Notes: a model not told the origin generated them from the letters alone. A stretch of DNA of 59,758 nucleotides, filler included, from Candidatus Babelota bacterium (GCA_017999075.1; 8 parts of 8 records of this genome joined end to end with filler, not necessarily neighbours in it); one strand, 5' to 3'. Shown: positions 1 to 9,061, counted from the whole stretch's first letter. Program-made: numbers and translations.

Positions 1-894
1 AATGTTATAACAATTAATATAAATATGCCTTATTTAGACGGGATAAAAAGTATTCAGCTTATTATGGCAGAATGTCCTGTCCCAATAATAGTTATAAGCG
101 CTTATACTACTGATAAGGAATCTGAAAAAACAATAGCTGCGTTAAGTGCAGGGGCAGTTGATTATATAGGGAAACCTGACGGAGAAGTTTCTACAACATT
201 AAACAAGTATTCTGAGATAATAATAAATAAGATAAAGGTTGCAGCTTCAGCAAATGTTAAAAAAATTCAAATTCAGACGAAAAAAAATGTTATTAAAACA
301 GCTGTTTCAGATTACAGCGACAATATAATATTGATAGGCATATCAACCGGCGGACCGTCAACGTTAAAACAACTGTTTTCATTACTAAAACCAAATATGG
401 ATTTTACTATGGTAGTTGCGATTCATATAACGGAAATGTATTCGCAAAAATTGTGTGAATTGCTTGATGAAGTATGTCCATATAAAATTCAGCGTGCAGA
501 AGAAGGAATTAAACTGAAGAGAGGTAGTATTTATATATGCAGCGGCGGACATAATACTGAATTGACATTTGATATGAAATTAAAAAATTCCGGTGTTTTG
601 CCTAAACAGGTATATGTTCCTTCAACAGATGTTTTATTTACTTCAGCATTAAAACATGTTAAGACAAAAAAAGTGATGGGTATGGTCCTGACAGGAATGG
701 GTAACGATGGCAGTAAAGGAATGATAGAGTTGCATAACGCAGGAGCAGTTACAGTAATACAGGATGAAAAAAGCAGTGTTTTATACGGAATGCCGAAAAG
801 CGCAAAACAGACAGGAAAATATAATTATGAACTTGCGTTAACGGATATGCCTGCAATAATTGAAAAGTTTACGGTTAATAAATTGAGAGGGTGA
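1..894 (+). CDS. cheB: Chemotaxis methylesterase CheB (5' truncated; frame open from base 1)
   Basis: REC C-terminal half (PIIVIS...AGAVDYIGKP) followed by methylesterase triad motifs GISTGG, AIHI and LTGMGNDG, plus SSVLYGMP. Bases 1-24 read NVITININ in frame with the ATG at 25. Confidence 0.93.
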   Translation, partial: NVITININMPYLDGIKSIQLIMAECPVPIIVISAYTTDKESEKTIAALSAGAVDYIGKPDGEVSTTLNKYSEIIINKIKVAASANVKKIQIQTKKNVIKTAVSDYSDNIILIGISTGGPSTLKQLFSLLKPNMDFTMVVAIHITEMYSQKLCELLDEVCPYKIQRAEEGIKLKRGSIYICSGGHNTELTFDMKLKNSGVLPKQVYVPSTDVLFTSALKHVKTKKVMGMVLTGMGNDGSKGMIELHNAGAVTVIQDEKSSVLYGMPKSAKQTGKYNYELALTDMPAIIEKFTVNKLRG

Positions 895-900
895 TAAGTT

Positions 901-1296
901 ATGGCTAAAAAACCGCGTGTTATGATTGTTGACGATAATAAAACAATGCGGACAATAATCAATGAAATATTCCATACTGCAGATTTTGAAGTTGTTGCAG
1001 TTGCGGAAAACGGAAAAATTGCAGTTGAAAATTACACTAAATTTAAACCTGATATCGTTACTATGGATATACTTATGCCTGAAATGAACGGACTTGAAGC
1101 AATAAGACATATCAGGTTTTCAGATGATACAGCAAAGATAGTTGTTATTAGTTCTCTTAGTGAAAAAACTGAAATGAAAAAATGTTTGCTTGCGGGAGCC
1201 GCATATTATATGATAAAACCGTTTGAAACAGAAGAATTGATAAAAATATGTTCCGGAATAATAAGCGGTGACGTTCATATAAAAAATGTTTTATAA
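901..1296 (+). CDS. CheY-like single-domain response regulator
   Basis: VMIVDD, PDIVTMDILMP (phospho-Asp) and YMIKPF motifs; directly downstream of cheB. Confidence 0.9.
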   Translation: MAKKPRVMIVDDNKTMRTIINEIFHTADFEVVAVAENGKIAVENYTKFKPDIVTMDILMPEMNGLEAIRHIRFSDDTAKIVVISSLSEKTEMKKCLLAGAAYYMIKPFETEELIKICSGIISGDVHIKNVL

Positions 1297-1441
1297 TTAA
1301 AGCATTTATTTGATTTTGGTTGGAGCCGGGACATTTCGAAAAAGCAAAGACAGAAAATCACGGAACCCACTTTATTATAAATTGATTTATTACAAATTAT
1401 TGTTAAAGTCAAATTATTATTCCTGTTGAAGAAATGCTGAG

Positions 1442-2245
1442 GTGAAATTAATGAAAGATTCAGAATTTAGAATTCTTGTGGTTGATGATTCTGATGCTTT
1501 GCGCGGAATGCTGAAACAATTTTTTAAACAGTATACTGAATACCAGATATTTGAGGCTGCTGACGGATTGGAAGCTTTGAGTTTTCTTGAAAGTAATGAT
1601 GTTCATTTAATTATTACTGATATTGTAATGCCTCATCTTGACGGATTAAGTTTATTAAAACAAATTAAATACAAAAAACCTGAAGTTCCGATTATAGTAA
1701 TCAGCGGATATAATACTTTAGCAAATATAGAGACTGCATTTAAATATTATGCTATAAAATTTTATTCAAAACCTTTTGAATGGGATGATTTAAGCAATAC
1801 AATAAAAAAAGCAAAATCAATTTATGAAAGCACGAATGCAGCCAAACAGATGTCAGATACTGTTGATGTAAGGATAAGGGTTAAAATTGAACCGACAAAC
1901 TCAAAAATGATAAGGTATATTATAAATAAAATGATTGAAGTTATAACTAATTTGTATATGATTAATTATGAGCAGGGAACCAAGATATATGTTTTGCTTA
2001 CTGAATTTTTTCTTCTTGGAAAAAATTTTCTTAAAAGTTTGTCAAAAGACAGTTATCTGACTTTCGAATATAATCAGGAAAATTCAAAATTGGAATTTAC
2101 CATAGAAGATTCTAAAAATGAATTAAATTTTAGAAGTATTCTTGAAGCTTCGAATATAGAACTGGTTGGAGGACTGCGCGCATATGCAGATGATATACAA
2201 TTTGCGAATGACGGAAAAAAAATCATTGTAATAAAAAAATTATAA
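1442..2245 (+). CDS. Response regulator with a degenerate RsbW/HATPase-like C-terminal domain (alternative start ATG 1451)
   Basis: REC motifs LVVDDS, LIITDIVMP, SKPF. C-terminus LEFTIED...LRAYADDIQF..DGKKIIVIK resembles the anti-sigma-factor ATPase fold. Confidence 0.8.
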   Translation: MKLMKDSEFRILVVDDSDALRGMLKQFFKQYTEYQIFEAADGLEALSFLESNDVHLIITDIVMPHLDGLSLLKQIKYKKPEVPIIVISGYNTLANIETAFKYYAIKFYSKPFEWDDLSNTIKKAKSIYESTNAAKQMSDTVDVRIRVKIEPTNSKMIRYIINKMIEVITNLYMINYEQGTKIYVLLTEFFLLGKNFLKSLSKDSYLTFEYNQENSKLEFTIEDSKNELNFRSILEASNIELVGGLRAYADDIQFANDGKKIIVIKKL

Positions 2246-2265
2246 AATTGAGATGAGTTTAAATT

Positions 2266-3510
2266 ATGGAACAAGACAATATACCTGTCCAGTGTTATAA
2301 ATGTAAAAAGATTAAAGATGAAAACGATTTATGGCAATTTCATGAAGGAAAAGCAGAGCATATAGAATTTGCCAACCATACGATATGTCCTGACTGCATA
2401 GAGAAAACCCACTCCGAAATGCAGGTTAAATATATATTCAATGAATTTGCATCAAGAATTAATAATATTTTCAAAAATTTAAAAGTTTTTTGTTTCAGCA
2501 ACAATAATTCTTTGAAAAATATGATAATTTCTAATTTTAGCAAAACAGGAATAAAAGTTGATTTGTTTGAAATGAAAGATTTTGCAAATAAGAATATTGC
2601 TGCTGACGATAATCAATTATCTGTTTTTATTGCTGATATTGAAAATGAAACTGAGTTGAATCAGACTTTTGAAAAATTAAAGAATAGAGGGATTATAATA
2701 TTTATTATAGAAAAAAAACATATAAATTATTATTTAAAATTTATTGATACAGGAAATACGGATTATTTATTTAAAGATTTTTTTCCGGAAGAAATAATAT
2801 GCAAAATATATCTGCTTTTATCTCGGAAGACTGAAAAAAAAATGTTGAATTCGGAAATTAAATCTTTGAAAACGAAAAAAATAGAGTTGCTTAATCAGTT
2901 AATGCTTTTTCAGGATTCGGAATCAGCGGCAGCGCTTGATGTTTTGAAAGAATCCAACGACAAACTAAAAACAAAGCTTGAAGAATTGAAAAAAATTGTA
3001 AGTTCTAAGAATTTGCAGATTATGGATTTATCGGAAAAAATAGAAGAATCTGAAATGTTTGATAAGACCACTCGATTTAAAAATTTTTACGGTTTGTATG
3101 ATTTTTTATCTAAAGAATCAAAGAAAATGATGAAAAGCGGTTATAAATGCGTAATTGCCGAAATAAATTTTAAAGTATTAACAGATTTATCTGAACCTGT
3201 TTTATATTCGTCTGCACCGGAAGATTATTTTATGGGATATGAAGAATATTTAAAGAATGCTTCTGATATTATAAAAAAAAATGTTGGTAAAAATGATTTT
3301 GCTGTAAGAATTTCTTTCAACAAAACGATATTATTTATGATTGATAAAAATATGGAATCTGCTATACCTGTAATTGAAAAAATAGAAACAGAAATAAATA
3401 ACTGCACGGAATCAGGGTTTTCTTCGGTTATATCTCTTTTTGAACTTGACAATAATTCGAGATTGGAAAATATTTTTTTAATTTTGGATAATTCTTTGGA
3501 GGCGGAATAA
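2266..3510 (+). CDS. Signalling protein: N-terminal Cys-rich Zn module, degenerate REC, coiled coil, degenerate GGDEF-like domain
   Basis: CYKCKKIKD...W...HTICPDC; DYLFKDFFPEEI (REC end); heptad-rich middle; FDKTTRFKN...DFAVRISFNKTILF aligns by eye to GGDEF. Confidence 0.6.
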   Translation: MEQDNIPVQCYKCKKIKDENDLWQFHEGKAEHIEFANHTICPDCIEKTHSEMQVKYIFNEFASRINNIFKNLKVFCFSNNNSLKNMIISNFSKTGIKVDLFEMKDFANKNIAADDNQLSVFIADIENETELNQTFEKLKNRGIIIFIIEKKHINYYLKFIDTGNTDYLFKDFFPEEIICKIYLLLSRKTEKKMLNSEIKSLKTKKIELLNQLMLFQDSESAAALDVLKESNDKLKTKLEELKKIVSSKNLQIMDLSEKIEESEMFDKTTRFKNFYGLYDFLSKESKKMMKSGYKCVIAEINFKVLTDLSEPVLYSSAPEDYFMGYEEYLKNASDIIKKNVGKNDFAVRISFNKTILFMIDKNMESAIPVIEKIETEINNCTESGFSSVISLFELDNNSRLENIFLILDNSLEAE

Positions 3511-3511
3511 T

Positions 3512-3979
3512 ATGATTCATGAAATTGTAGAAAAGGAATCCGATGAATTTGAAAATCTGGATACTTTACATAATATTTTAAAAATTCTTTCTAAACGGGA
3601 TATAAAAAATTTACCGCCTGATTTTTTTGTGAACTTGAATATTATAGTGGAAACATATTCAAGCCAAGATAAAGGTACGGATTTTTTATTGAAATTGTTT
3701 AATGAAATGGGAGATGATGAAATAGTAGCTTTTGTATTTAATTCCGGAGAACGGAGAAACCGGCCGAAATTAATTATTGTCAACAATGATATTGAAATTG
3801 ATTTATACGGCGGATTTTTCAGAAAAATGGTTGATCATATTATTGAGATGAAACCTGAAATTGAAAAAACATTATCAAAAAAAGAAATATTTGATATTTT
3901 ACAGAATTTATTTTTGGAAAATTTGAAAGATTTTTTTGATAAGGAAAAATTATATAAAAAATTTGTTGAGAAAGTTTAA
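3512..3979 (+). CDS. Hypothetical protein
   Basis: 155-aa ORF tightly packed between same-strand genes, GGAGG upstream. Confidence 0.7.
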   Translation: MIHEIVEKESDEFENLDTLHNILKILSKRDIKNLPPDFFVNLNIIVETYSSQDKGTDFLLKLFNEMGDDEIVAFVFNSGERRNRPKLIIVNNDIEIDLYGGFFRKMVDHIIEMKPEIEKTLSKKEIFDILQNLFLENLKDFFDKEKLYKKFVEKV

Positions 3980-4000
3980 AATTTATTTTTGAGGGGAATT

Positions 4001-5596
4001 ATGAAAATTACTTTTATTGGAGCTGCAAAATGTGTAACAGGTTCTTGTTATCTTGTAGAAGCGGGAAAAACTAAATTTTTAATTGATTGCGGAATGTTTC
4101 AGGGGTTGAAAGAAGTTAAAGAACGAAATTATGGAGAATTTGATTTTAATCCTGCGGAAATAGAATTTGTGCTGCTGACTCATGCTCACATAGATCATTC
4201 CGGACTAATTCCGAAACTTTTTAAAAAAGGATTCAAGGGTAAAATTATTGCTACTTCTGCGACAGTAGAGTTGTCTGAAGTTATGCTTCCTGACAGCGGA
4301 CATATTCAGGAAACTGAATGTGAACGTAAAAATAAAAAATATTTAAGACGCGGTCAGAAATTAATAGAACCAATATATACTGCAGCTGAAGCACATAATT
4401 GTTTGAAACATTTCAAAAGGATAGATTATGATATTTTGACTGAGGTAAATGAAAATTTAAAGTTTTGTTTTAGAAATTCAGGGCATATTCTTGGATCTGC
4501 TCTTGTAGAATTATATTACAAAGATAAAGATTCAAAACTCAAAGTGGTTTTTACTGGAGATATTGGCAACAAAAATCAGCCTATAGTAAAAGATCCTCAT
4601 TTAATTGAAGAAACCGATTATTTGATAATAGAATCAACCTATGGAAATAAAATTCATGAAATCAGGGATATTACTAAAAAAAGAGAACAGTTGAAAAATA
4701 TAATACTTAATGCTTTGAAAAAAGGGGGAAATATAATTGTTCCTGCTTTTGCAGTAGAACGCACTCAGGATTTGTTGGTTGAACTTAATATTCTTTTAAA
4801 AAATAATGAGCTTCCTCAATTCCCTATAATAATTGATTCACCGCTTGCAATATCTGCTACTGAAATTTTTCAGAGACATCATCAGTATTTCAGCGATAGG
4901 GTTATGGAAATGAATAAGGATGGAGGCAAAGCTCTTATTTTTGATAAAATTAGATTTACTAAAACAGCAGAAGAATCACAGGAATTGAACAATATGAATG
5001 AACAGGCCATGATAATTTCCGCAAGCGGAATGTGCGATGCAGGTAGAATAAAACATCATTTAAAACATAATTTATGGCGTAATGAAGCTACAATACTTAT
5101 GACAGGGTATCAGGCTGAAGGAACGCTTGGAAGAAGGCTTATTGACGGAGAAAAAATTGTTCGAATACATGGCGACAGCGTGATGGTTAAAGCAGATGTT
5201 ATAAAACTTGAAGGATTTTCAGGGCATATTGACAATCCAGGAATGCTTGAGTGGCTGTCTGCTTTAAAAACTCCTCCTAAAAAAATATTTATAGTTCACG
5301 GAGAAGAAGAACAGCAGAAAGGACTTGAAAAATCAATTAGAGACAACCTGAAATTTGAAACGCTTATCCCTTCATCACTTGAAACTGTATTTCTTAAAGA
5401 CAAAGCTGTTATAGAAGAACAGGCTTTACAAATGAAATACAGAACATCAGAAGCTTATTTTGAACAGTACCGAGCAGTAAAACAAAATTTGAAAGAATTA
5501 ATGAAATTGAGATTAAATGAAAATCAGATTGAAGAATTATATGAAGATTTGAAAACTATTGAAAAAGTCAGCAGAAGGTTTCTTGCAATTAAATAA
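4001..5596 (+). CDS. Metallo-beta-lactamase / beta-CASP ribonuclease (YSH1-like)
   Basis: IDCGMFQG, THAHIDHSG, GHILGS, ESTYG, PAFAVERTQ, SASGMC, GFSGHID and VHGE motifs; GAGGGGA RBS before ATG 4001. Confidence 0.93.
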   Translation: MKITFIGAAKCVTGSCYLVEAGKTKFLIDCGMFQGLKEVKERNYGEFDFNPAEIEFVLLTHAHIDHSGLIPKLFKKGFKGKIIATSATVELSEVMLPDSGHIQETECERKNKKYLRRGQKLIEPIYTAAEAHNCLKHFKRIDYDILTEVNENLKFCFRNSGHILGSALVELYYKDKDSKLKVVFTGDIGNKNQPIVKDPHLIEETDYLIIESTYGNKIHEIRDITKKREQLKNIILNALKKGGNIIVPAFAVERTQDLLVELNILLKNNELPQFPIIIDSPLAISATEIFQRHHQYFSDRVMEMNKDGGKALIFDKIRFTKTAEESQELNNMNEQAMIISASGMCDAGRIKHHLKHNLWRNEATILMTGYQAEGTLGRRLIDGEKIVRIHGDSVMVKADVIKLEGFSGHIDNPGMLEWLSALKTPPKKIFIVHGEEEQQKGLEKSIRDNLKFETLIPSSLETVFLKDKAVIEEQALQMKYRTSEAYFEQYRAVKQNLKELMKLRLNENQIEELYEDLKTIEKVSRRFLAIK

Positions 5597-5614
5597 ATTC
5601 GAGAGGATTTTTTT

Positions 5615-6124
5615 ATGAAAAAATTGTTTTTAATTATAAATTTTATAATAACATTTTCTTTTCCATTAACAGCTGCTGTTATGTTTGCTAAAACTGATAA
5701 TGTTAAGGTTTTCAGTGTGAATAACGCTAATTCTCCGATTGTAAAGATATTAAAAAAAAATGATTCGGTAAATTTTACAGGAATGAAAAATGGAAAGTTT
5801 TTTTATGTTGAGACTTCAGATAAAAAAAAAGGATGGATATTTGAATTTAATTTGACCAATTTAAATCCTTTGCAAAAATCAAAGTCAGGGAAGCTGCTTG
5901 ACGGCTTTACTACTGATAATTATGCGAGCCGGGATTCTTCAACTAAAGCTAATGTGAGGGGGTTAACCGAAATTTCCAAAGAATATGCTAAAACAAATAA
6001 AATTTCCCAAAAGAATATTAATATTATTGAAAAAATGGAAAAATTTAAAGTAAGCGATGCTGAACTTGATAAATTTTTAAAGACAGGAAAACTTGGAGAA
6101 TATGGAGTTTCTGAATCCGAGTAA
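5615..6124 (+). CDS. Secreted SH3-like domain protein
   Basis: Signal peptide; FFYVETSDKKKGWI SH3b-type motif; adjacent to an M48 peptidase. Confidence 0.65.
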   Translation: MKKLFLIINFIITFSFPLTAAVMFAKTDNVKVFSVNNANSPIVKILKKNDSVNFTGMKNGKFFYVETSDKKKGWIFEFNLTNLNPLQKSKSGKLLDGFTTDNYASRDSSTKANVRGLTEISKEYAKTNKISQKNINIIEKMEKFKVSDAELDKFLKTGKLGEYGVSESE

Positions 6125-6175
6125 GATATTAAAAATTAACTTGATAAGTTTTATGAATTTTTGAATAGGTGAACT

Positions 6176-7228
6176 ATGAGTAGAATATTGATAGGATTTT
6201 TTATAATTTTTTTAGTTTCTTATTCTGCAGATTCGGAAAATTTTTTTAAGAAACTGGAAAAAGATTTAAAAGAAAAAATTAAAAAAGAAACAGCCAATAT
6301 TCAAAATCGGGAATATCCAAACCCGAATGAAAATCAGAATGAATCTGCAGAAAATTATAAAAATCAGGGAAAATACGATTCAGATACGACTTCCGTTTTA
6401 AATGAAAATTATTCAAATGATAAAACAGGCGGCCTGCTCGACATAGGTAAAAAGTTTGGAGTTAATGAAAAAACTCTTGATATAATAAATTCGGGATTTG
6501 GAGTTATTAAATCCCAGCAGGAAATAACTTATGAAGAAGAAAATGATATTGGAGGTTCATTAGCTCTTGAGGTTCTTCAGCGGTACAACGGGAATTATAA
6601 CAATGATATTATAAATTTATATGTAAATCTTGTAGGGCAATCAGTAGCTAAGTATTCGGATAACTCGGAGTTGAATTTTAAATTTTTAGTTCTGAATTCA
6701 AATGAAATAAATGCTTTTGCTGCTCCCGGAGGATATGTTTTTATTACAAAAGGTCTTTTTAAAATTCTTCAGGATGAATCACAACTTGCTTCTGTTCTTG
6801 CTCATGAAATTGCACATGTAACTAACCGGCATATTCTTCAAAGTTTACAGCGTGGAAAATTTTTTGAAAATTTGACAAAACTTGCCGCTGCAGCATCGAA
6901 AAAAAATACAGGTAAATATACAGCAATAATGAATGAAGTGAATAAAATTTTGTTTGAAAAAGGCGTAGATAAATCTATGGAATATGAGGCTGATGCTATA
7001 GGAATAGAATTTGCGGCAAGGACAGGATATAACCCTGGAGGTTTATTGGAATTTTTAAAAAATTTAAATTCTTATATAGGGAAATCAAAATCAATTTTTT
7101 TCTCAACTCATCCTTCTGTATTTGACAGAATTAATAAGATAAATGAAATTTTATCGTCAAACTATACTCTTCAATCAGGAATGATTCTTAAAGACAGATT
7201 TTTAAGTTATAAAAAATTTGTGAAATAA
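6176..7228 (+). CDS. Peptidase M48 family (BepA/YfgC-like) Zn metalloprotease
   Basis: INAFAAPGG, LAHEIAH (HExxH), EYEAD and FSTHP motifs; signal peptide. Confidence 0.9.
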   Translation: MSRILIGFFIIFLVSYSADSENFFKKLEKDLKEKIKKETANIQNREYPNPNENQNESAENYKNQGKYDSDTTSVLNENYSNDKTGGLLDIGKKFGVNEKTLDIINSGFGVIKSQQEITYEEENDIGGSLALEVLQRYNGNYNNDIINLYVNLVGQSVAKYSDNSELNFKFLVLNSNEINAFAAPGGYVFITKGLFKILQDESQLASVLAHEIAHVTNRHILQSLQRGKFFENLTKLAAAASKKNTGKYTAIMNEVNKILFEKGVDKSMEYEADAIGIEFAARTGYNPGGLLEFLKNLNSYIGKSKSIFFSTHPSVFDRINKINEILSSNYTLQSGMILKDRFLSYKKFVK

Positions 7229-7328
7229 TTGGTATTCATTTTATTGCTTTCGTTTTTTTGTTTTAACACATAAAAAATTATTATCTGTCGTGTCGTTTTA
7301 TTTATAAAATAAAAATAAAAAAAATAAC

Positions 7329-7357
7329 TTGACAAATATAAAAGAATATCGTATTAT
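7329..7357 (+). promoter_or_regulatory. Sigma70-type promoter
   Basis: TTGACA (7329-7334), 17 bp spacer, TATTAT (7352-7357). Confidence 0.7.
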
Positions 7358-7358
7358 A

Positions 7359-7384
7359 TAAATATATGAATATTCATATATTTA
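7359..7384. promoter_or_regulatory. Perfect 26-bp palindrome, likely ArsR/SmtB-type operator
   Basis: TAAATATATGAATATTCATATATTTA is its own reverse complement; overlaps the predicted transcription start upstream of an ArsR-like ORF start. Confidence 0.65.
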
Positions 7385-7448
7385 ATTATATCATTATTTA
7401 TATATTTTATTATTTTGATTTTTTAATCAAAAAGGATGTGTTTTGTTT

Positions 7449-7500
7449 ATGAATAAAAAAAATATTGAAAATCTTTCTGCAGCCATTAAGGGAATAGCAC
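7449..7500 (+). CDS. N-terminal fragment of a probable ArsR/SmtB-family regulator (cut by contig end)
   Basis: MNKKNIENLSAAIKGIA(H) resembles the K-A-L-A-H-P start of ArsR proteins; AAGGA RBS; only 17 full codons visible. Confidence 0.45.
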
Positions 7501-7600
7501 NNNNNNNNNNNNNNNNNNNNNNNNNNNNNNNNNNNNNNNNNNNNTTAATTAATTAANNNNNNNNNNNNNNNNNNNNNNNNNNNNNNNNNNNNNNNNNNNN
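7501..7600. other. Artificial contig linker
   Basis: N44-TTAATTAATTAA-N44, giving stops in all six frames. Confidence 0.99.
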
Positions 7601-7797
7601 ACATCGAGCATAATGTAGCCTTTGATGTTTTTGCTGTTCTTAGCGGTGTAGTATTTGAAATATTTGCGGTTGAATAATCCCGTTAATGCGTCCTTTAGTC
7701 CAACCAAGTGATGAATGTCCGTCTGTTCCAACGCTTCACTGAAAATATAAAATGAAACTCGTAATGTAATGATCATAGCTTTAAGGTATTTAACCAT
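7601..7797 (-). CDS. GGDEF-domain protein, N-terminal fragment (3' truncated)
   Basis: KDALTGLFNRKYF...GYIMLD(V) is the canonical GGDEF start; only ~35 aa precede it; CAGGAG RBS. Confidence 0.75.
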
Positions 7798-7820
7798 TGT
7801 AAATCAACTCCTGTGTTATA

Positions 7821-7859
7821 AAATAAAAAAGGCGCAGAGCTATTAAAGCGCCGCGCCTT
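7821..7859 (-). terminator. Intrinsic-terminator-like hairpin downstream of the integrase
   Basis: Minus strand AAGGCGCGG-CGCTTTAATAGCT-CTGCGCCTT followed by TTTTATTTT. Confidence 0.7.
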
Positions 7860-7936
7860 ATGTGAAAATATTCGGAAAATGTAGTAATGAGAAAAAATGC
7901 CGCTTATTTATTTGGCTTGCCTTTAAATAATGCCAA

Positions 7937-8773
7937 TTATTTATCCAATAAGCTCTTGATCTTTGAGATATGGCTCGTTGAAACCTGAGTGTAAATTGTA
8001 GTCGTGGAAATATCATTATGCCCGAGCAAAATCTGTATTGTCCTGAGATCCGTTCCAGCTTCCAATAAGTGGCTAGCCCCTGTCCGACGCAAGCCGTGAG
8101 GTGAAACTTGCTTATCAATATTACAACGCTCTAGTCCCTGTTCCATAATGTGTTCTACTGTGCGGACAGTTAAATGTGCTCCAGGCTTCTGACCCTCGAA
8201 CAACCATTCCTGCGGTTTATATTCCATGTAATATTCACGTAGCCAGCCCAGAACTTTTTCTGATAATATTGTAATGCGTTCCTTGCCACCTTTGGCCACT
8301 CGAACATTGACAATCATTTGCTTTGAATCAATGTCGCCTTTGCACTTGAGGTTAACTAACTCGTTAACTCGAAGCATTGAAGAATACAGCAGACCCAAGA
8401 TGCAACGATGTTTCAGATTATAGGTTGTCTCCAGCAAATATTGAACTTCGCTTATTGTCAGAACTTCTTTCAGCTTATGATGTTTAACTTTAATGTAATG
8501 AAGTTCATCGTTCCATTTGCGTTTCAATATAATCTCGGTGAAAAGTTTAATTGCAGAAATAGCGGAATTGTAATATTGCTCAGCTTCTGGGACACTGGTT
8601 CTTAAGTTGAGAAAATAGCTGCGTATCATCTCATCCGTCACTTGAGAAAGATCACAGTCAATCCATTTCGCTAACTGTCCAACGTATGATGTATAGGTTC
8701 CAATGGATGAATTAGCTTTACCTGACAGTAGCATTTGATCAACGAATTTAGAAATTGTTTCTTGATTAGACAT
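7937..8773 (-). CDS. Tyrosine recombinase (integron-integrase-like/XerD-like, N-terminal SAM-like domain, no IntI-specific insert)
   Basis: Full catalytic set: R (SMLRVNE), K (AKGGK), HxxR (HGLR), H (LLGH), Y (TTIYT). Likely start MSNQE at 8773 with AGGTGA RBS, overlapping the upstream gene stop. Confidence 0.93.
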   Translation of the reverse strand: MSNQETISKFVDQMLLSGKANSSIGTYTSYVGQLAKWIDCDLSQVTDEMIRSYFLNLRTSVPEAEQYYNSAISAIKLFTEIILKRKWNDELHYIKVKHHKLKEVLTISEVQYLLETTYNLKHRCILGLLYSSMLRVNELVNLKCKGDIDSKQMIVNVRVAKGGKERITILSEKVLGWLREYYMEYKPQEWLFEGQKPGAHLTVRTVEHIMEQGLERCNIDKQVSPHGLRRTGASHLLEAGTDLRTIQILLGHNDISTTTIYTQVSTSHISKIKSLLDK

Positions 8774-8966
8774 TGCGATCACCTGCCTGGATATTAAGTT
8801 TTGATATAGCATTACCAATTTTTGTTTTGTCGCTATAAAGATAATACTCGTCAATAATTTTAACGATCATTTTGGTAATTGGAATTCCTTCAGCGGTAGC
8901 CAGAATTTTAAGTTTTGTACTGGTTTCATACGGGATAGTACAGCTCCGTTCAAATGGGTATGCCAT
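8766..8966 (-). CDS. Small ribbon-helix-helix-like DNA-binding protein
   Basis: 66 aa; short strand followed by TKLKILATAEGIPITKMIVKIIDEY (CopG/RHH-like helix pair); AAGGAG RBS; overlaps the integrase start by 8 nt. Confidence 0.6.
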   Translation of the reverse strand: MAYPFERSCTIPYETSTKLKILATAEGIPITKMIVKIIDEYYLYSDKTKIGNAISKLNIQAGDRNV

Positions 8967-9025
8967 AATGACATCAACTCCTTTGTATAAAATTTAAAAT
9001 TTGTGATGAAGTGAAATGAATAAAA

Positions 9026-9061
9026 AATGGCGATATGTGCTGATGCACACAAAGCATAAAT
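9026..9061. repeat. Diverged fourth copy of the hairpin repeat
   Basis: AATGGCGATATGTGCTGATGCACACAAAGCATAAAT aligns to AATAGCGATATACTCGATGAGCATAAGGCATAAAT (9660-9694); stem 9034-9040/9045-9051 preserved. Confidence 0.65.

Noticed and set aside
7937-8773. Canonical integron integrase (intI) or housekeeping xerD
   Set aside because: No IntI-specific insert is visible, there is no attI/attC with RYYYAAC...GTTRRRY, and the context is mobile rather than core.
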